NCBI GenBank assembly: GCA_039815185.1
Contig: JBCBZT010000077.1
Span: 1 to 26,340, forward strand
DNA from: Cyanobacteria bacterium P01_A01_bin.123
GTDB taxonomy: Bacteria > Cyanobacteriota > Cyanobacteriia > Phormidesmidales > Phormidesmidaceae
DNA length: 26,340 bases
Direction: 5' to 3'
Shown in pieces: positions 1-9,197 of the stretch (positions within the stretch are counted from its first letter, which is position 1; the number at the start of each line of letters is the position of its first letter). The position numbers and the translations under genes were made by a program. The notes under the pieces were generated by a model. It saw only the letters and a program-made list of their open reading frames with translations, did no database searches and had not been told where the DNA came from.

Positions 1-356
1 ACCGCAACAGTGCTCTTGCCGACTCCGCCTTTGCCACTGGAGATGGCCACAATATTCTTAACGCCGCCAATGCCTTGGCGATCGGGCAAGGATTTTTGTT
101 GGGGGATTTCTGCGGTGACATCTACCGCTACAGCGTCAACGCCAGGGAGTTGACGCACGGCTTTCTCACAATCTTCCACAATGAATTCACGCAGCGGGCA
201 GGCCGGCGTGGTCAACACTAGGGTAAAGCTCACCTGACCCTCAACAACCTCAACATTGCGAATCATATTGAGATCAACTAGGCTCTTTTGCAGCTCAGGA
301 TCTTGAACTGGGCGAAGGACATCGAGAACAGACTGGGGGCTGAGGGTCATCGTCAT
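1..356 (-). CDS. mrp: Mrp/NBP35 (ApbC) family Fe-S carrier ATPase, 5' part (runs off the left edge)
   Basis: Not in the ORF track. Manual translation from ATG at 356 (or 350) gives MTMTLSPQSVLDVLRPVQDPELQKSLVDLNMIRNV...LVLTTPACPLREFIVEDC...GVKNIVAISSGKGGVGKSTVA: an N-terminal FeS-assembly (DUF59-like) domain plus the deviant Walker A motif GKGGVGKST. Confidence 0.95.
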   Translation of the reverse strand, partial: MTMTLSPQSVLDVLRPVQDPELQKSLVDLNMIRNVEVVEGQVSFTLVLTTPACPLREFIVEDCEKAVRQLPGVDAVAVDVTAEIPQQKSLPDRQGIGGVKNIVAISSGKGGVGKSTVA

Positions 357-500
357 AGCACTGGCGTCACTTGAGAAAATAGAGTCACCGAAAGGGAGAT
401 ACCACTTTGGAGCCATCCGCGATACAGATGTGCTGTCATGGTTCTTCTTAAGTTTTCAATGATCTTAACCGTTTGGGGATCGTCTCAGACAGTGTTCTAC

Positions 501-1109
501 TCAAACCCAGTGCCTAGCCACACCCTCCATTGTCGTAATCCCCCAAACCAACCCTAATATGCCTAAAAGGTCTTGGGAGGGGCGTGTCGGTCGTCGTGTT
601 CCAGACAATGCTTGTAAATTGGCTTGTTCAGCGGCCTGGGCTAAGGCTGAAGCTACTCGGGCAGCATGGGGCCGAATCAGAGACCAAGCCAAGGGCGACA
701 ACCAACCGCGCAGCGTAACTGAATAAGAAATACAGGTTCCGCAAAGGGTGGATTCAACCCGATAGGTCACTCGCTCTTCTAAACCAGGTACCGTATAAAC
801 GCGAACACTTAGCAGTTCTCGATGATCGACGCGCTCAACAAAGATGTGGATCGGTAGTGGGAAAAGCCAACTAAAGCCTTTGTAGATAACACCCGGCTTT
901 GCCGTCAGGCCATTGGGAGCATTGGTGCTGGTTAGCAGGGGATGCCAGGATACATCATCCAGATTGACGACCTTTTGCCAGAGAATATCGATGGATGCAG
1001 TGCTGACTGCTTGATAAGTCCGTACTAGCGATCGCCCCACCTGTACTGAAGATGAGTGGGGTAAAGCTCGCTGCAAAAACTGCCCCCATTCTGACCAAAC
1101 AAATTTCAT
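501..1109 (-). CDS. SRPBCC (polyketide cyclase/START-like) family protein
   Basis: ORF 501..1127, likely start ATG 1109 (MKFVW). The pattern S-x-ASIDILWQKVVNLDDVSWHP, following beta strands and a C-terminal helix (ARVASALAQAAE) fit the SRPBCC fold. Confidence 0.65.
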   Translation of the reverse strand: MKFVWSEWGQFLQRALPHSSSVQVGRSLVRTYQAVSTASIDILWQKVVNLDDVSWHPLLTSTNAPNGLTAKPGVIYKGFSWLFPLPIHIFVERVDHRELLSVRVYTVPGLEERVTYRVESTLCGTCISYSVTLRGWLSPLAWSLIRPHAARVASALAQAAEQANLQALSGTRRPTRPSQDLLGILGLVWGITTMEGVARHWV

Positions 1110-1573
1110 AGCAATCCCCCTTATCATTGAGGACTAACACTCGACTTAGCTCGGTCAGCATCACTATTATCCCAGGACAAAGGTGATGCCAACTAAAATA
1201 GCTCAGCCTAGTCTCACATAACACAATTGTATAGAGTGTGACACAGACTGCTGAGAATAGTGCTGACAACGAATGGCTTTCGCGGCGATCTGTGATGTAG
1301 ATAACGTTGTATCACTAGGGGCAAAAACTAGCGTCTGCGGTTTTTAGAGGACATTGCTCAATTTCAGCTATTGGAAATGATCAGGATCGACGGACTCAAT
1401 TTAGTCACAAATCTTTTCAACTGATGGGCCTTTCCTCCTGATACCGTTGATCACGAGGGAAATAAACCACATCCGATTTAGATGTTTGATTAGGAGTACA
1501 AAGCTTTGTGCCCCTGCTAGGTAGAAAGATATGGATCTGGATGTGGACGAGGTTTAAAAATTAGCTGTGCCTT

Positions 1574-2623
1574 ATGACATCTTCAATACCCAAGGTTGCG
1601 CCTAAAGTTCAAGTGGCAGTTCAAGCGACACCTGCCCATCCACCAGCCGATTCTCGTGAACGGGTAAGCCAAGCACTCAAAGGCTTACAAGATCGAATTT
1701 GCGACAAATTAGCAATTTTAGACGGCGAAACAACCTTTCAAGAAGATGCCTGGCAACGCCCCGAAGGCGGCGGCGGGCGATCGCGAGTGATGCAGCAAGG
1801 CCGGATTTTTGAGCAGGGCGGTGTTAACTTTTCTGAGGTTTGGGGCACATCTCTACCACCCTCTATTTTGGTGCAGCGTCCGGAAGCAGCAGGCCATGGG
1901 TTTTACGCCACAGGCACCTCTATGGTGTTACATCCGCGCAGTCCCTACATACCCACGGTTCATCTTAACTACCGCTATTTTGAGGCTGGGCCAGTATGGT
2001 GGTTCGGCGGCGGTATTGATCTAACCCCTTACTATCCTTTTGAAGAAGATGTGGTGAATTTCCACCAGACTTTGAAAGCAGCCTGCGATCGCCACCATAG
2101 CCAGTACTATCCAACTTTCAAGCAGTGGTGCGATGAATACTTTTTCCTAAAGCACCGTCAAGAAACCCGAGGTGTTGGGGGCATCTTCTTTGATTATCAA
2201 GATGGTCAAGGCGAGCTTTATCACGGCCCCCACGAGGACGGTTCTGCAGCAGCTCATAGCAAAGCGATTGGCGAATTACCGCCACGCAATTGGGAGGATC
2301 TCTTTGCGTTTGTTCAAGATTGTGGCGATGCCTTTTTGCCCGCCTATGTCCCTATCATCGAAAAGCGCCAGGGTATTGAGTACGGCGATCGCGAACGAGA
2401 TTTTCAACTTTATCGCCGGGGTCGCTACGTCGAATTCAATTTGGTCTACGACCGGGGCACTATTTTTGGCCTGCAAACCAATGGCCGCACAGAGTCTATT
2501 TTGATGTCACTGCCTCCTTTGGTTCGTTGGGAATATGGCTACACCCCAGAAGCAGGCACCCCAGAAGCACGCCTTTACGATGTTTTCCTCAAACCCCAAG
2601 ACTGGATTAACTGGCAGCTCTAG
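1574..2623 (+). CDS. hemF: Oxygen-dependent coproporphyrinogen III oxidase
   Basis: Motifs [89 protein letters not shown]. Confidence 0.97.
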   Translation: MTSSIPKVAPKVQVAVQATPAHPPADSRERVSQALKGLQDRICDKLAILDGETTFQEDAWQRPEGGGGRSRVMQQGRIFEQGGVNFSEVWGTSLPPSILVQRPEAAGHGFYATGTSMVLHPRSPYIPTVHLNYRYFEAGPVWWFGGGIDLTPYYPFEEDVVNFHQTLKAACDRHHSQYYPTFKQWCDEYFFLKHRQETRGVGGIFFDYQDGQGELYHGPHEDGSAAAHSKAIGELPPRNWEDLFAFVQDCGDAFLPAYVPIIEKRQGIEYGDRERDFQLYRRGRYVEFNLVYDRGTIFGLQTNGRTESILMSLPPLVRWEYGYTPEAGTPEARLYDVFLKPQDWINWQL

Positions 2624-2650
2624 CCAAATTTACACCTCTAGCCAGATTTA
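2618..2650 (+). repeat. Imperfect direct repeat of the hemF stop region (15-bp unit, 18-bp period)
   Basis: CTCTAGCCAAATTTA at 2618-2632 and CTCTAGCCAGATTTA at 2636-2650. Confidence 0.6.
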
Positions 2651-3053
2651 AGGGTCTCAAGGATAACGGTAATCTATAGCTTTGGCCGCATTGCTTGATT
2701 CACCGAATATCACTGAAATGCTTTATCAGGGGGATTCAGCAATGCTAAGTCGCCTTAGGCAATTTGGCTGAAACGATAATTTTCTGGATCTGGCAACGTT
2801 CGTTTGTAAGATTAACGGGGCAATTTAAAACTGAAACCAGTGCTTATTCGGGCTTGATATAGTATTGCTGCTGAACATCCTTTAGACTAGGTTTAGTTCT
2901 GACGTTTTGTTGAGAAAAGCGATTCAGGGTTAGCCAACGATCAGCGGCTGGATCAATCTCGTTTGTGGGCATTACGGCCGAGCCTTACCATGGCTGCTCT
3001 AGTTAGCCAGCGGCAAGGCTGTGGTTAAAGTAAAGTAGGCAACTTGAGGCAAC

Positions 3054-3413
3054 ATGGATCAGAGAACTATCAACACCGAAGACGGTAAAACAGTGATTAT
3101 TCTGACCCCCACTGGACGGTTAGACATCACCACAGCATGGCAATTTCGGTTAAAGCTTCAAGAGTGCATTTCTCGAATCAGTCCCCATGTTGTCGTGAAC
3201 TTAAGCCAAGTCAATTTTATTGACAGTTCGGGCTTAACGTCCTTAGTGGCTGGTATGAGAGATGCAGACAAGGTTAAGGGCAGCTTCCGCATTTGTAATG
3301 TGCACCCAGAAGCAAAGCTAGTCTTTGAAGTCACGATGATGGACTCGGTCTTTGAAATTTTTGAAACTGAAGACGAAGCCTTGGCAGGTGTTCCCAGAGG
3401 CATTGCTAGTTAG
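3054..3413 (+). CDS. STAS-domain anti-sigma factor antagonist (SpoIIAA/RsbV-like)
   Basis: GRLDITTA, VVVNLSQVNFIDSSGLTSLV with the phosphorylatable Ser in DSSG, and C-terminal FEIFETEDEAL. GAGG precedes the ATG. Confidence 0.92.
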   Translation: MDQRTINTEDGKTVIILTPTGRLDITTAWQFRLKLQECISRISPHVVVNLSQVNFIDSSGLTSLVAGMRDADKVKGSFRICNVHPEAKLVFEVTMMDSVFEIFETEDEALAGVPRGIAS

Positions 3414-3439
3414 CGCTTTGGCCCAGTTGGTTGACTGAT

Positions 3440-4072
3440 TTAGAGCCCATATTGACTGCTAAAGTCTTGCTGTTTCCAGAGTTCAAAGGGCCCCATTCTT
3501 GGCCCCCACAACACCTGACCTGTGGTGGGGTCAATACCTTTGTCCTGGCTGAGCAGCAACGTTTGCCCATAACTGTTCAAAGATTTCCTAACTTCAAATC
3601 CCAGGCTGACAAATCTGCGCTCTCCTTGATATTCGAAGGAGCATAGCTGTCCTGTCCGCATCGTCGCCTTGAAATTGGTTTCACCAGATAGCGTTATGCT
3701 GGGAGTAATCCAAAGTTGGCAATCGGGTAAGTCCGTCAGATCTTGGCGGGTGAGTTGAGCCAGACGTTCAGGTTCGGATGCTGCGCCGCAGAACGCCTGG
3801 GGGGATTTGAGCCCATAATATTGCACCCAAAGGTGCTCCTCGTCTTCTCGAAATTCAATCAAACGCTGACGATAGGGGAGTTGACCAGACGCAACGCTAA
3901 CTTGTTCAATAAACAAGCCTAAGTTATTACCAAAGACAGCCACTGGATATTGCCAAACCTTGAGATGAACAAACCAGGTAGGGTTTTCGGAAGCTTGCCG
4001 TTGATTGTTGAAGGTGCCTGCTAGGCAATGGGCAAGATTCAAGAGGTTTTGAGAAAAGGCCATAAGCCACAT
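3440..4072 (-). CDS. CpcT/CpeT-family phycobiliprotein chromophore lyase
   Basis: LAGTFNNQRQA, WFVHLKVW, PYRQRL, SQDKGIDPTTGQVLWG and GPFE are T-type lyase motifs. The start may be ATG 4063 (MAFSQ). Confidence 0.9.
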   Translation of the reverse strand: MWLMAFSQNLLNLAHCLAGTFNNQRQASENPTWFVHLKVWQYPVAVFGNNLGLFIEQVSVASGQLPYRQRLIEFREDEEHLWVQYYGLKSPQAFCGAASEPERLAQLTRQDLTDLPDCQLWITPSITLSGETNFKATMRTGQLCSFEYQGERRFVSLGFEVRKSLNSYGQTLLLSQDKGIDPTTGQVLWGPRMGPFELWKQQDFSSQYGL

Positions 4073-4258
4073 CCGATTTGAAAACTTGTTCGCTCAGCAT
4101 CTCCGAAGGAGAATTTTTTAGCTTAGGGGAAGATTGTGGATCAGGATATGACTAAGGTTTAAACCCCTCGAATTCTCGGCAATCCGGCGTTCGCCTTGCT
4201 TGGCAAACAAACTGCTAAGGTAGAGAATGATGATCAATATTATCCCTAACATTTTGCT

Positions 4259-5005
4259 GTGAACAACGTCCGCACCGTTTCAGATACCAAGCGCGCTTTT
4301 TATGCCGCCCATTCGCGTCCTATCAATTCGATCTATCGGCGAGTGGTAGAAGAATTGATGGTTGAAATGCATCTGCTATCAGTCAATGCGGATTTTTCCT
4401 ACGATACGCTATATGCCCTGGGCGTGGTCACCAGCTTTGATCGCTTTATGGCAGGTTATCAACCCGAGCGAGACAAAACCTCGATTTTTGAATCCCTGTG
4501 CCGTGCCGTTGATCTTGAGCCTCAAAAAGTGCGTCAGGATGCAGAGCAGCTCAAGGCAACGGTCGATGGGCGATCGCTAGATGATTTAAAAACTCTGGTT
4601 GGATCACTGGAATCTTCCCCTGAAGATAGTTTAGGCGCCACGTTACACGCAATCGCATCTAACAAAAATTACAAATACAGTCGTCTAATGGGCATCGGCA
4701 CTTACACCCTAGTTGAAACCGTAGATGCAGAAGTTCTGAAAGACAAAGACCAGCGCGAGGCCTTATTTCAGACGTTATGCGAAGGACTCAACATTGGGGA
4801 TGAAAAGCTGCAAAAAGACCTAGACCTCTACCGCAGCAATTTAGACAAAATGGAGCAAGCCCAGGCGGTGATGCGAGATATTCTGGCCGCAGAACGTAAA
4901 AAGCGAGAAGAACGCGCTCAAGCCAAAGCATCGGCAGCTACTGTCCCAGAAGATAGCCAACCTAGCCAAGAAGTTGAGGATTCCCAGGCAGAATCCTCAA
5001 CCTAG
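4259..5005 (+). CDS. psb29: Photosystem II biogenesis protein Psb29/THF1
   Basis: GTG start. N-terminus NNVRTVSDTKRAFY, then RPINSIYRRVVEELMVEMHLLSVN, YSRLMGIG and KDLDLYRSNLDKMEQA. Confidence 0.96.
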   Translation: MNNVRTVSDTKRAFYAAHSRPINSIYRRVVEELMVEMHLLSVNADFSYDTLYALGVVTSFDRFMAGYQPERDKTSIFESLCRAVDLEPQKVRQDAEQLKATVDGRSLDDLKTLVGSLESSPEDSLGATLHAIASNKNYKYSRLMGIGTYTLVETVDAEVLKDKDQREALFQTLCEGLNIGDEKLQKDLDLYRSNLDKMEQAQAVMRDILAAERKKREERAQAKASAATVPEDSQPSQEVEDSQAESST

Positions 5006-5044
5006 ACTCACTGTTTGAGCGCTACCTTGGTTGCTCAACCGAGA

Positions 5045-5920
5045 CTATTCAATCGCAACATCCAAGCGATAGGTGGCGTTACCCCGTGTACCGCCAACAA
5101 TGATTCGATAGTCACCGGTTTGCGGCAACAGGATGTTCTCATTGATGCCTTCTCTCACCAGTACGTATCCACTGGGAGAAATCACATCAAACACCGCATT
5201 AGATTCTAAGGACGAGATATCCAGCGTCATAGCTTGCCCCCCCTGGGCATTTAAGGCATAGAGGTCGCGTTCGCCCCGCACCAAAGCATTTTCTAATGTG
5301 GCACCGCTTGTCCCTGAGGCAAATTGCACCCGTTGACCGGGTTGATTCGCTAAATCGCCCAGCAGATCAACTGCGCCTAGTCCATCGGGGCCAGCAAAGG
5401 GGTTAACCACAGCTTCAGCGCCGCAATCCGCCGCCGTAAAGGTATCGTCCTGAACCGTGAGCGTCTCAGGCGTAATCGTCCAAATGGTTTCTTCAGATTG
5501 ACGATCGTACTCAATCCAGGTGATGACGGCTAAGTTCGCTTGATTGCCCGTGAGGTTACCCGAAAATTTTTGAGCATAGGACGAATAGTAACCCGCTTCG
5601 TCATTGTGAATGGAGACACTGCTATCGCCGCTCACTTGAGCTGCACTGTCAACCGTTAGCCGCACCGCACCAGTTAAGTTCGCGTTTTCAACGGTGTAGC
5701 AATAGGTCGCCGGATCTAGGGCCGTAACGGGAGAATTTTCCGGGGGGTTAGACGCAACTGGGGTAGACGGCGAGGGCGTGACCGATGCGTCCTTGCCTAT
5801 CGACGAGGCTGACGATGGTGTTTCCACAGCAGTGGATTCAAGGGTGGATTCCGTAGCGCTATTGCCACAGGCCGTTAGTAAGACGACTAGGGCCAGTCCC
5901 ATAAATTGCCGAACTTTCAT
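5045..5920 (-). CDS. Putative lipoprotein with Ser/Thr/Pro linker and C-terminal PPC-like beta-sandwich domain
   Basis: Likely start ATG 5920 (MKVRQFMGLALVVLLTAC, lipobox LTAC). Low-complexity linker follows. The C-terminus VQFASGTSGATLENALVRGERDLYALNAQGGQ...LPQTGDYRIIVG resembles pre-peptidase C-terminal-like domains. Confidence 0.7.
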   Translation of the reverse strand: MKVRQFMGLALVVLLTACGNSATESTLESTAVETPSSASSIGKDASVTPSPSTPVASNPPENSPVTALDPATYCYTVENANLTGAVRLTVDSAAQVSGDSSVSIHNDEAGYYSSYAQKFSGNLTGNQANLAVITWIEYDRQSEETIWTITPETLTVQDDTFTAADCGAEAVVNPFAGPDGLGAVDLLGDLANQPGQRVQFASGTSGATLENALVRGERDLYALNAQGGQAMTLDISSLESNAVFDVISPSGYVLVREGINENILLPQTGDYRIIVGGTRGNATYRLDVAIE

Positions 5921-6072
5921 GTATCGTTGCTCGTTTAGAAGTGCTCTAGTTGTAGCTTCTTCAAGGTTGAACGTCAGTGATCCAGTCAAGAATATTTGTC
6001 TATTCAGGCAGTCATCCCCAACTGAGAATCGTTAACCTGGTGAGCAGGCCCATCTCAAACTCAAGGTTTTCT

Positions 6073-8127
6073 ATGGCTGCTTTGAACTACCCAGACAGTG
6101 CCAAAAACAATCAGGTTGACACTTACCATGGCGTTGACGTGCCCGACCCGTATCGCTGGCTCGAAGACCCCCATGCTGACCAGACCCGCACCTGGATCGA
6201 CGCCCAAAATCAGGTGACCTTTGGCTATCTGAAGCAGCTGCCCCGCCGCAAAACACTGCAACAGCGCCTTAAAAAGCTTTGGAACTACGAGCGCTATGGG
6301 ATTCCTTTTAAGCAGGGCGACCGCTACTTCTACACCAAAAACGATGGTCTGCAAAACCAAAGTGTCCTCTATACGCAGCCTACCCTGGATGCCAATCCCA
6401 CTGTTTTACTCGATCCCAATACGCTTTCAGAAGATGGCACCGTGGCCCTGAGTGGCATTGCCCTCAGCGAAAATGGCGAGTATCTCGCCTATGGGCTCTC
6501 TGCATCTGGATCAGACTGGATAGAGTGGTACGTGCGTGAAGTAGCCACGGGGAAAGAGCTTGAGGATCATTTGAAGTGGGTGAAATTTTCTGGGGCGTCT
6601 TGGACCCACGACCACCAGGGCTTTTTCTACAGTCGCTATGACGAACCTGACGAAACGAACAAATACGAAGGGGTCAATTACTACCAAAAGCTCTATTACC
6701 ATCGCCTCGGCACTCCCCAAGCTGAAGATGCGCTGATTTACCATCGCCCCGACGAAAAAGAATGGGGATTTAGCGGTAACGTCAGCGAGGACGGACGCTA
6801 TTTGATAATTTCAGTTTGGCAAGGCACCGACCCGCGCAACCTGGTGTTTTATCAAGATCTCAGTGATCCCAATGCCCCAGTGGTGGAACTGATTTCAGCT
6901 TTTGAAGCGGAATATAGTTTTCTTGATAACGACGGCACTATATTTTGGTTTCGCACCGACTTAAACGCACCTAAAGGGCGATTGATTGCGATTGATATTA
7001 GCCAGCCTGACCCAACAAACTGGCAAGAAATTATCCCCGAAGCTGATGAAACCTTAGAAAGCGTGGGCTTGCTGAATCACCAGTTTGTCGCCGACTATCT
7101 GAAAGACGCCTACACTGCGATTAAGATCTTTGACTTGCAGGGCAACTTTGTCCGCCAGGTAGACCTCCCAGGCATTGGTTCGGCCGGAGGGTTTGACGGT
7201 AAGCGAGCCGACACGGAAACCTTCTACAGCTTCACCAGCTTCACTACCCCGGCTACTATCTATCGTTACAACATGACTACGGGTGACAGCAGCGTCTTTC
7301 GACAACCCCAGGTGGATTTTGACGCTACCGCCTACGAAACAACTCAAGTCTTTTATTCGAGCAAAGACGGCACTCAAGTGCCCATGTTTATTACCCACAA
7401 AAAGGGATTGGTTCTAGACGGCTCGAACCCACTGCTACTCTACGGCTATGGCGGCTTTGGCATTTCCCTTAGCCCCAGTTTTTCGGTAAGTAACCTGGTG
7501 TGGCTGGAAATGGGCGGTGTCTATGCTGTACCCAATCTGCGTGGTGGTGGGGAATATGGTGAAGACTGGCATCAGGCAGGCACCAAGCTGAATAAGCAAA
7601 ACGTGTTTGATGACTTCATTGCCGCCGCTGAATGGTTAATTGAGCGGGGCTATACCCGTACTCAAAGGTTGGCCATTATGGGCGGTAGCAATGGCGGCTT
7701 ACTCGTGGGAGCTTGCATCACTCAGCGCCCGGATCTATTTGCTGCCGCCTTGCCTGCGGTGGGCGTGATGGATATGTTGCGATTCAATCAGTTCACCATC
7801 GGCTGGGCCTGGGAGTCTGACTACGGTTCACCTCAAGATCCGGATCAATTTAAAGCCCTCCATGCCTATTCGCCACTGCATAACCTCAAACCTGCCACCC
7901 CCTACCCAGCGACCCTGATCACCACTGCCGATCATGATGACCGGGTGGTACCTGCCCATAGCTTTAAGTTTGCCGCTGCCTTACAAGCTGCCCATAGGGG
8001 AAACAATCCTGTGCTGATTCGGATTGAAACAAAAGCGGGACATGGCGCCGGGAAACCCACCGCCAAGGTGATTGAGGAAGTAGCCGATAAATGGGCCTTT
8101 TTAAGTGCCGTACTGGGCATGAATTAG
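6073..8127 (+). CDS. Prolyl oligopeptidase (peptidase S9A)
   Basis: DPYRWLED N-terminus, LLYGYGGF, nucleophile motif GGSNGG, DHDDRV (catalytic Asp) and AGHGAG (catalytic His). Start ATG 6073 is preferred over 5977. Confidence 0.96.
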   Translation: MAALNYPDSAKNNQVDTYHGVDVPDPYRWLEDPHADQTRTWIDAQNQVTFGYLKQLPRRKTLQQRLKKLWNYERYGIPFKQGDRYFYTKNDGLQNQSVLYTQPTLDANPTVLLDPNTLSEDGTVALSGIALSENGEYLAYGLSASGSDWIEWYVREVATGKELEDHLKWVKFSGASWTHDHQGFFYSRYDEPDETNKYEGVNYYQKLYYHRLGTPQAEDALIYHRPDEKEWGFSGNVSEDGRYLIISVWQGTDPRNLVFYQDLSDPNAPVVELISAFEAEYSFLDNDGTIFWFRTDLNAPKGRLIAIDISQPDPTNWQEIIPEADETLESVGLLNHQFVADYLKDAYTAIKIFDLQGNFVRQVDLPGIGSAGGFDGKRADTETFYSFTSFTTPATIYRYNMTTGDSSVFRQPQVDFDATAYETTQVFYSSKDGTQVPMFITHKKGLVLDGSNPLLLYGYGGFGISLSPSFSVSNLVWLEMGGVYAVPNLRGGGEYGEDWHQAGTKLNKQNVFDDFIAAAEWLIERGYTRTQRLAIMGGSNGGLLVGACITQRPDLFAAALPAVGVMDMLRFNQFTIGWAWESDYGSPQDPDQFKALHAYSPLHNLKPATPYPATLITTADHDDRVVPAHSFKFAAALQAAHRGNNPVLIRIETKAGHGAGKPTAKVIEEVADKWAFLSAVLGMN

Positions 8128-8167
8128 CCGGTTAGCAAGGTCAATTTAGATGCTTGGGGATGCATGA

Positions 8168-8611
8168 CTAGGACGGAATGGAGTCTGCCGCTGCAATTTC
8201 AGCATCGAGGAAGCGGGCCAACTCTTCAACCGTCGATAATTGCGATTCATCAAATCGATCGACAATGTCAACATTAAATTCGGTGTACACGTCATCACAG
8301 AGTGCAATTGGCCAGTCAAACCAGCAAATCAGCGGGAATTTGAGGTCTTCAACCAGGCGATCGCTGGGACGAATCCGCCCTGCATCTAAACCCGTGTGTT
8401 TCTCTAAATGAGTGTGGAGAAATTGAATCAAGCGTTTTGATACGGAAAATCCGTCCTGAGGGGATTGCCAGCACTGAAGATACCACTGTTCTACTGTTAA
8501 ATCAGGTCGCGATCGCAACCAATGTTTCACTCGGTATCGCAGCCCCATATCGGGACTGAGTTCTGGATAGGCCCTGATGTTCTTTAAGAGGTTTTGAAGC
8601 GATTGCCACAT
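8168..8611 (-). CDS. Hypothetical protein, C-terminal half resembles an acyl-carrier-protein-like fold
   Basis: 147-aa ORF with an ATG start that fills the gap. IRPSDRLVEDL...EFNVDI...LSTVEELARFL matches ACP-like spacing but has no DSL serine motif. Confidence 0.7.
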   Translation of the reverse strand: MWQSLQNLLKNIRAYPELSPDMGLRYRVKHWLRSRPDLTVEQWYLQCWQSPQDGFSVSKRLIQFLHTHLEKHTGLDAGRIRPSDRLVEDLKFPLICWFDWPIALCDDVYTEFNVDIVDRFDESQLSTVEELARFLDAEIAAADSIPS

Positions 8612-8757
8612 GGGGAGACCGGATACAGGCAGCTTAAGTGCTGCAATGTTAAATCCAGTGTTCCCGAATTCAGAGTTAGCAAATCATCCCTTCTATAGAC
8701 TTGCATAGACTTATATAACCTGATTTGGGGACTTCGATAGAACGCTTGACGCCAGAG

Positions 8758-8773
8758 TGTACCCATCGCTACA
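8758..8773. promoter_or_regulatory. Candidate NtcA-binding site
   Basis: TGTA-CCCATCGC-TACA is an exact GTA-N8-TAC with T/A flanks, in a divergent intergenic region. Confidence 0.5.
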
Positions 8774-8844
8774 AAGCATTAAGTTTTCTCCAAACTTCTA
8801 AGAGGGGTTAATCCGGTGTGATAGTTTCATTACTGTTGAACATT

Positions 8845-8874
8845 GCGCGAAAGTTACAGGCGTGAAAGTTACAC
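8845..8874 (+). repeat. Tandem 15-bp direct repeat just upstream of the RBS
   Basis: GCGCGAAAGTTACAG followed by GCGTGAAAGTTACAC. Confidence 0.7.
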
Positions 8875-8887
8875 AGGGAGATATACC

Positions 8888-9091
8888 GTGCCAAGCCTAG
8901 AACCACAGATCAGTTCAGCTTCCGCAAATCGAGAAGATTTTAGCGAGTACGTTGCTCACCTCCAACTTCATATGGCACTGCAAGCTCGTAAATTAGTCCC
9001 AACCTTGGGTAATGGCGGCGATCGCCGAGAGGTGCTGCTTCAGAAAACCCAGGCAGATTTTGAGAAGTCAGTGTCTCGCCAAATGTTTTAG
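8888..9091 (+). CDS. Small hypothetical protein (67 aa)
   Basis: GGAG RBS at 8877-8880 precedes GTG 8888. Helical sequence FSEYVAHLQLHMALQARKLVP...LLQKTQADFEKSVSRQ, followed by a terminator-like palindrome. Confidence 0.75.
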   Translation: MPSLEPQISSASANREDFSEYVAHLQLHMALQARKLVPTLGNGGDRREVLLQKTQADFEKSVSRQMF

Positions 9092-9113
9092 GTCTTTCAG
9101 GGTTAGCTTTTTG

Positions 9114-9153
9114 ACTTGAAGAGACGGGCGATCGCCCGTCTCTTCAAGTTTTT
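9114..9153 (+). terminator. Rho-independent terminator-like perfect 36-bp palindrome centred on HIP1
   Basis: ACTTGAAGAGACGGGCGATCGCCCGTCTCTTCAAGT (9114-9149) equals its own reverse complement. It is followed by TTTT and lies between convergent genes. Confidence 0.8.
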
Positions 9154-9197
9154 GGGAGCCATGCTAAGCTTATCGATCCTAAATCTTCAGAGACAAG

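Noticed and set aside
1228..1243. TGT-N10-ACA NtcA-like site (a similar one at 12508-12523 upstream of mdh)
   Set aside because: Each has a mismatch to GTA-N8-TAC and no clearly positioned -10 element, so chance occurrence is plausible.
955..1269. 104-aa minus-strand ORF, and the many other short ORFs nested in or antisense to long genes
   Set aside because: They overlap well-supported genes in other frames and have no recognisable motifs. Treated as shadow ORFs.
6073..9091. RiPP macrocyclase locus (prolyl oligopeptidase plus small ORFs)
   Set aside because: The peptidase looks like an ordinary S9A enzyme. The neighbouring small ORFs show no leader/core pattern, and no modifying enzymes or transporter are present.
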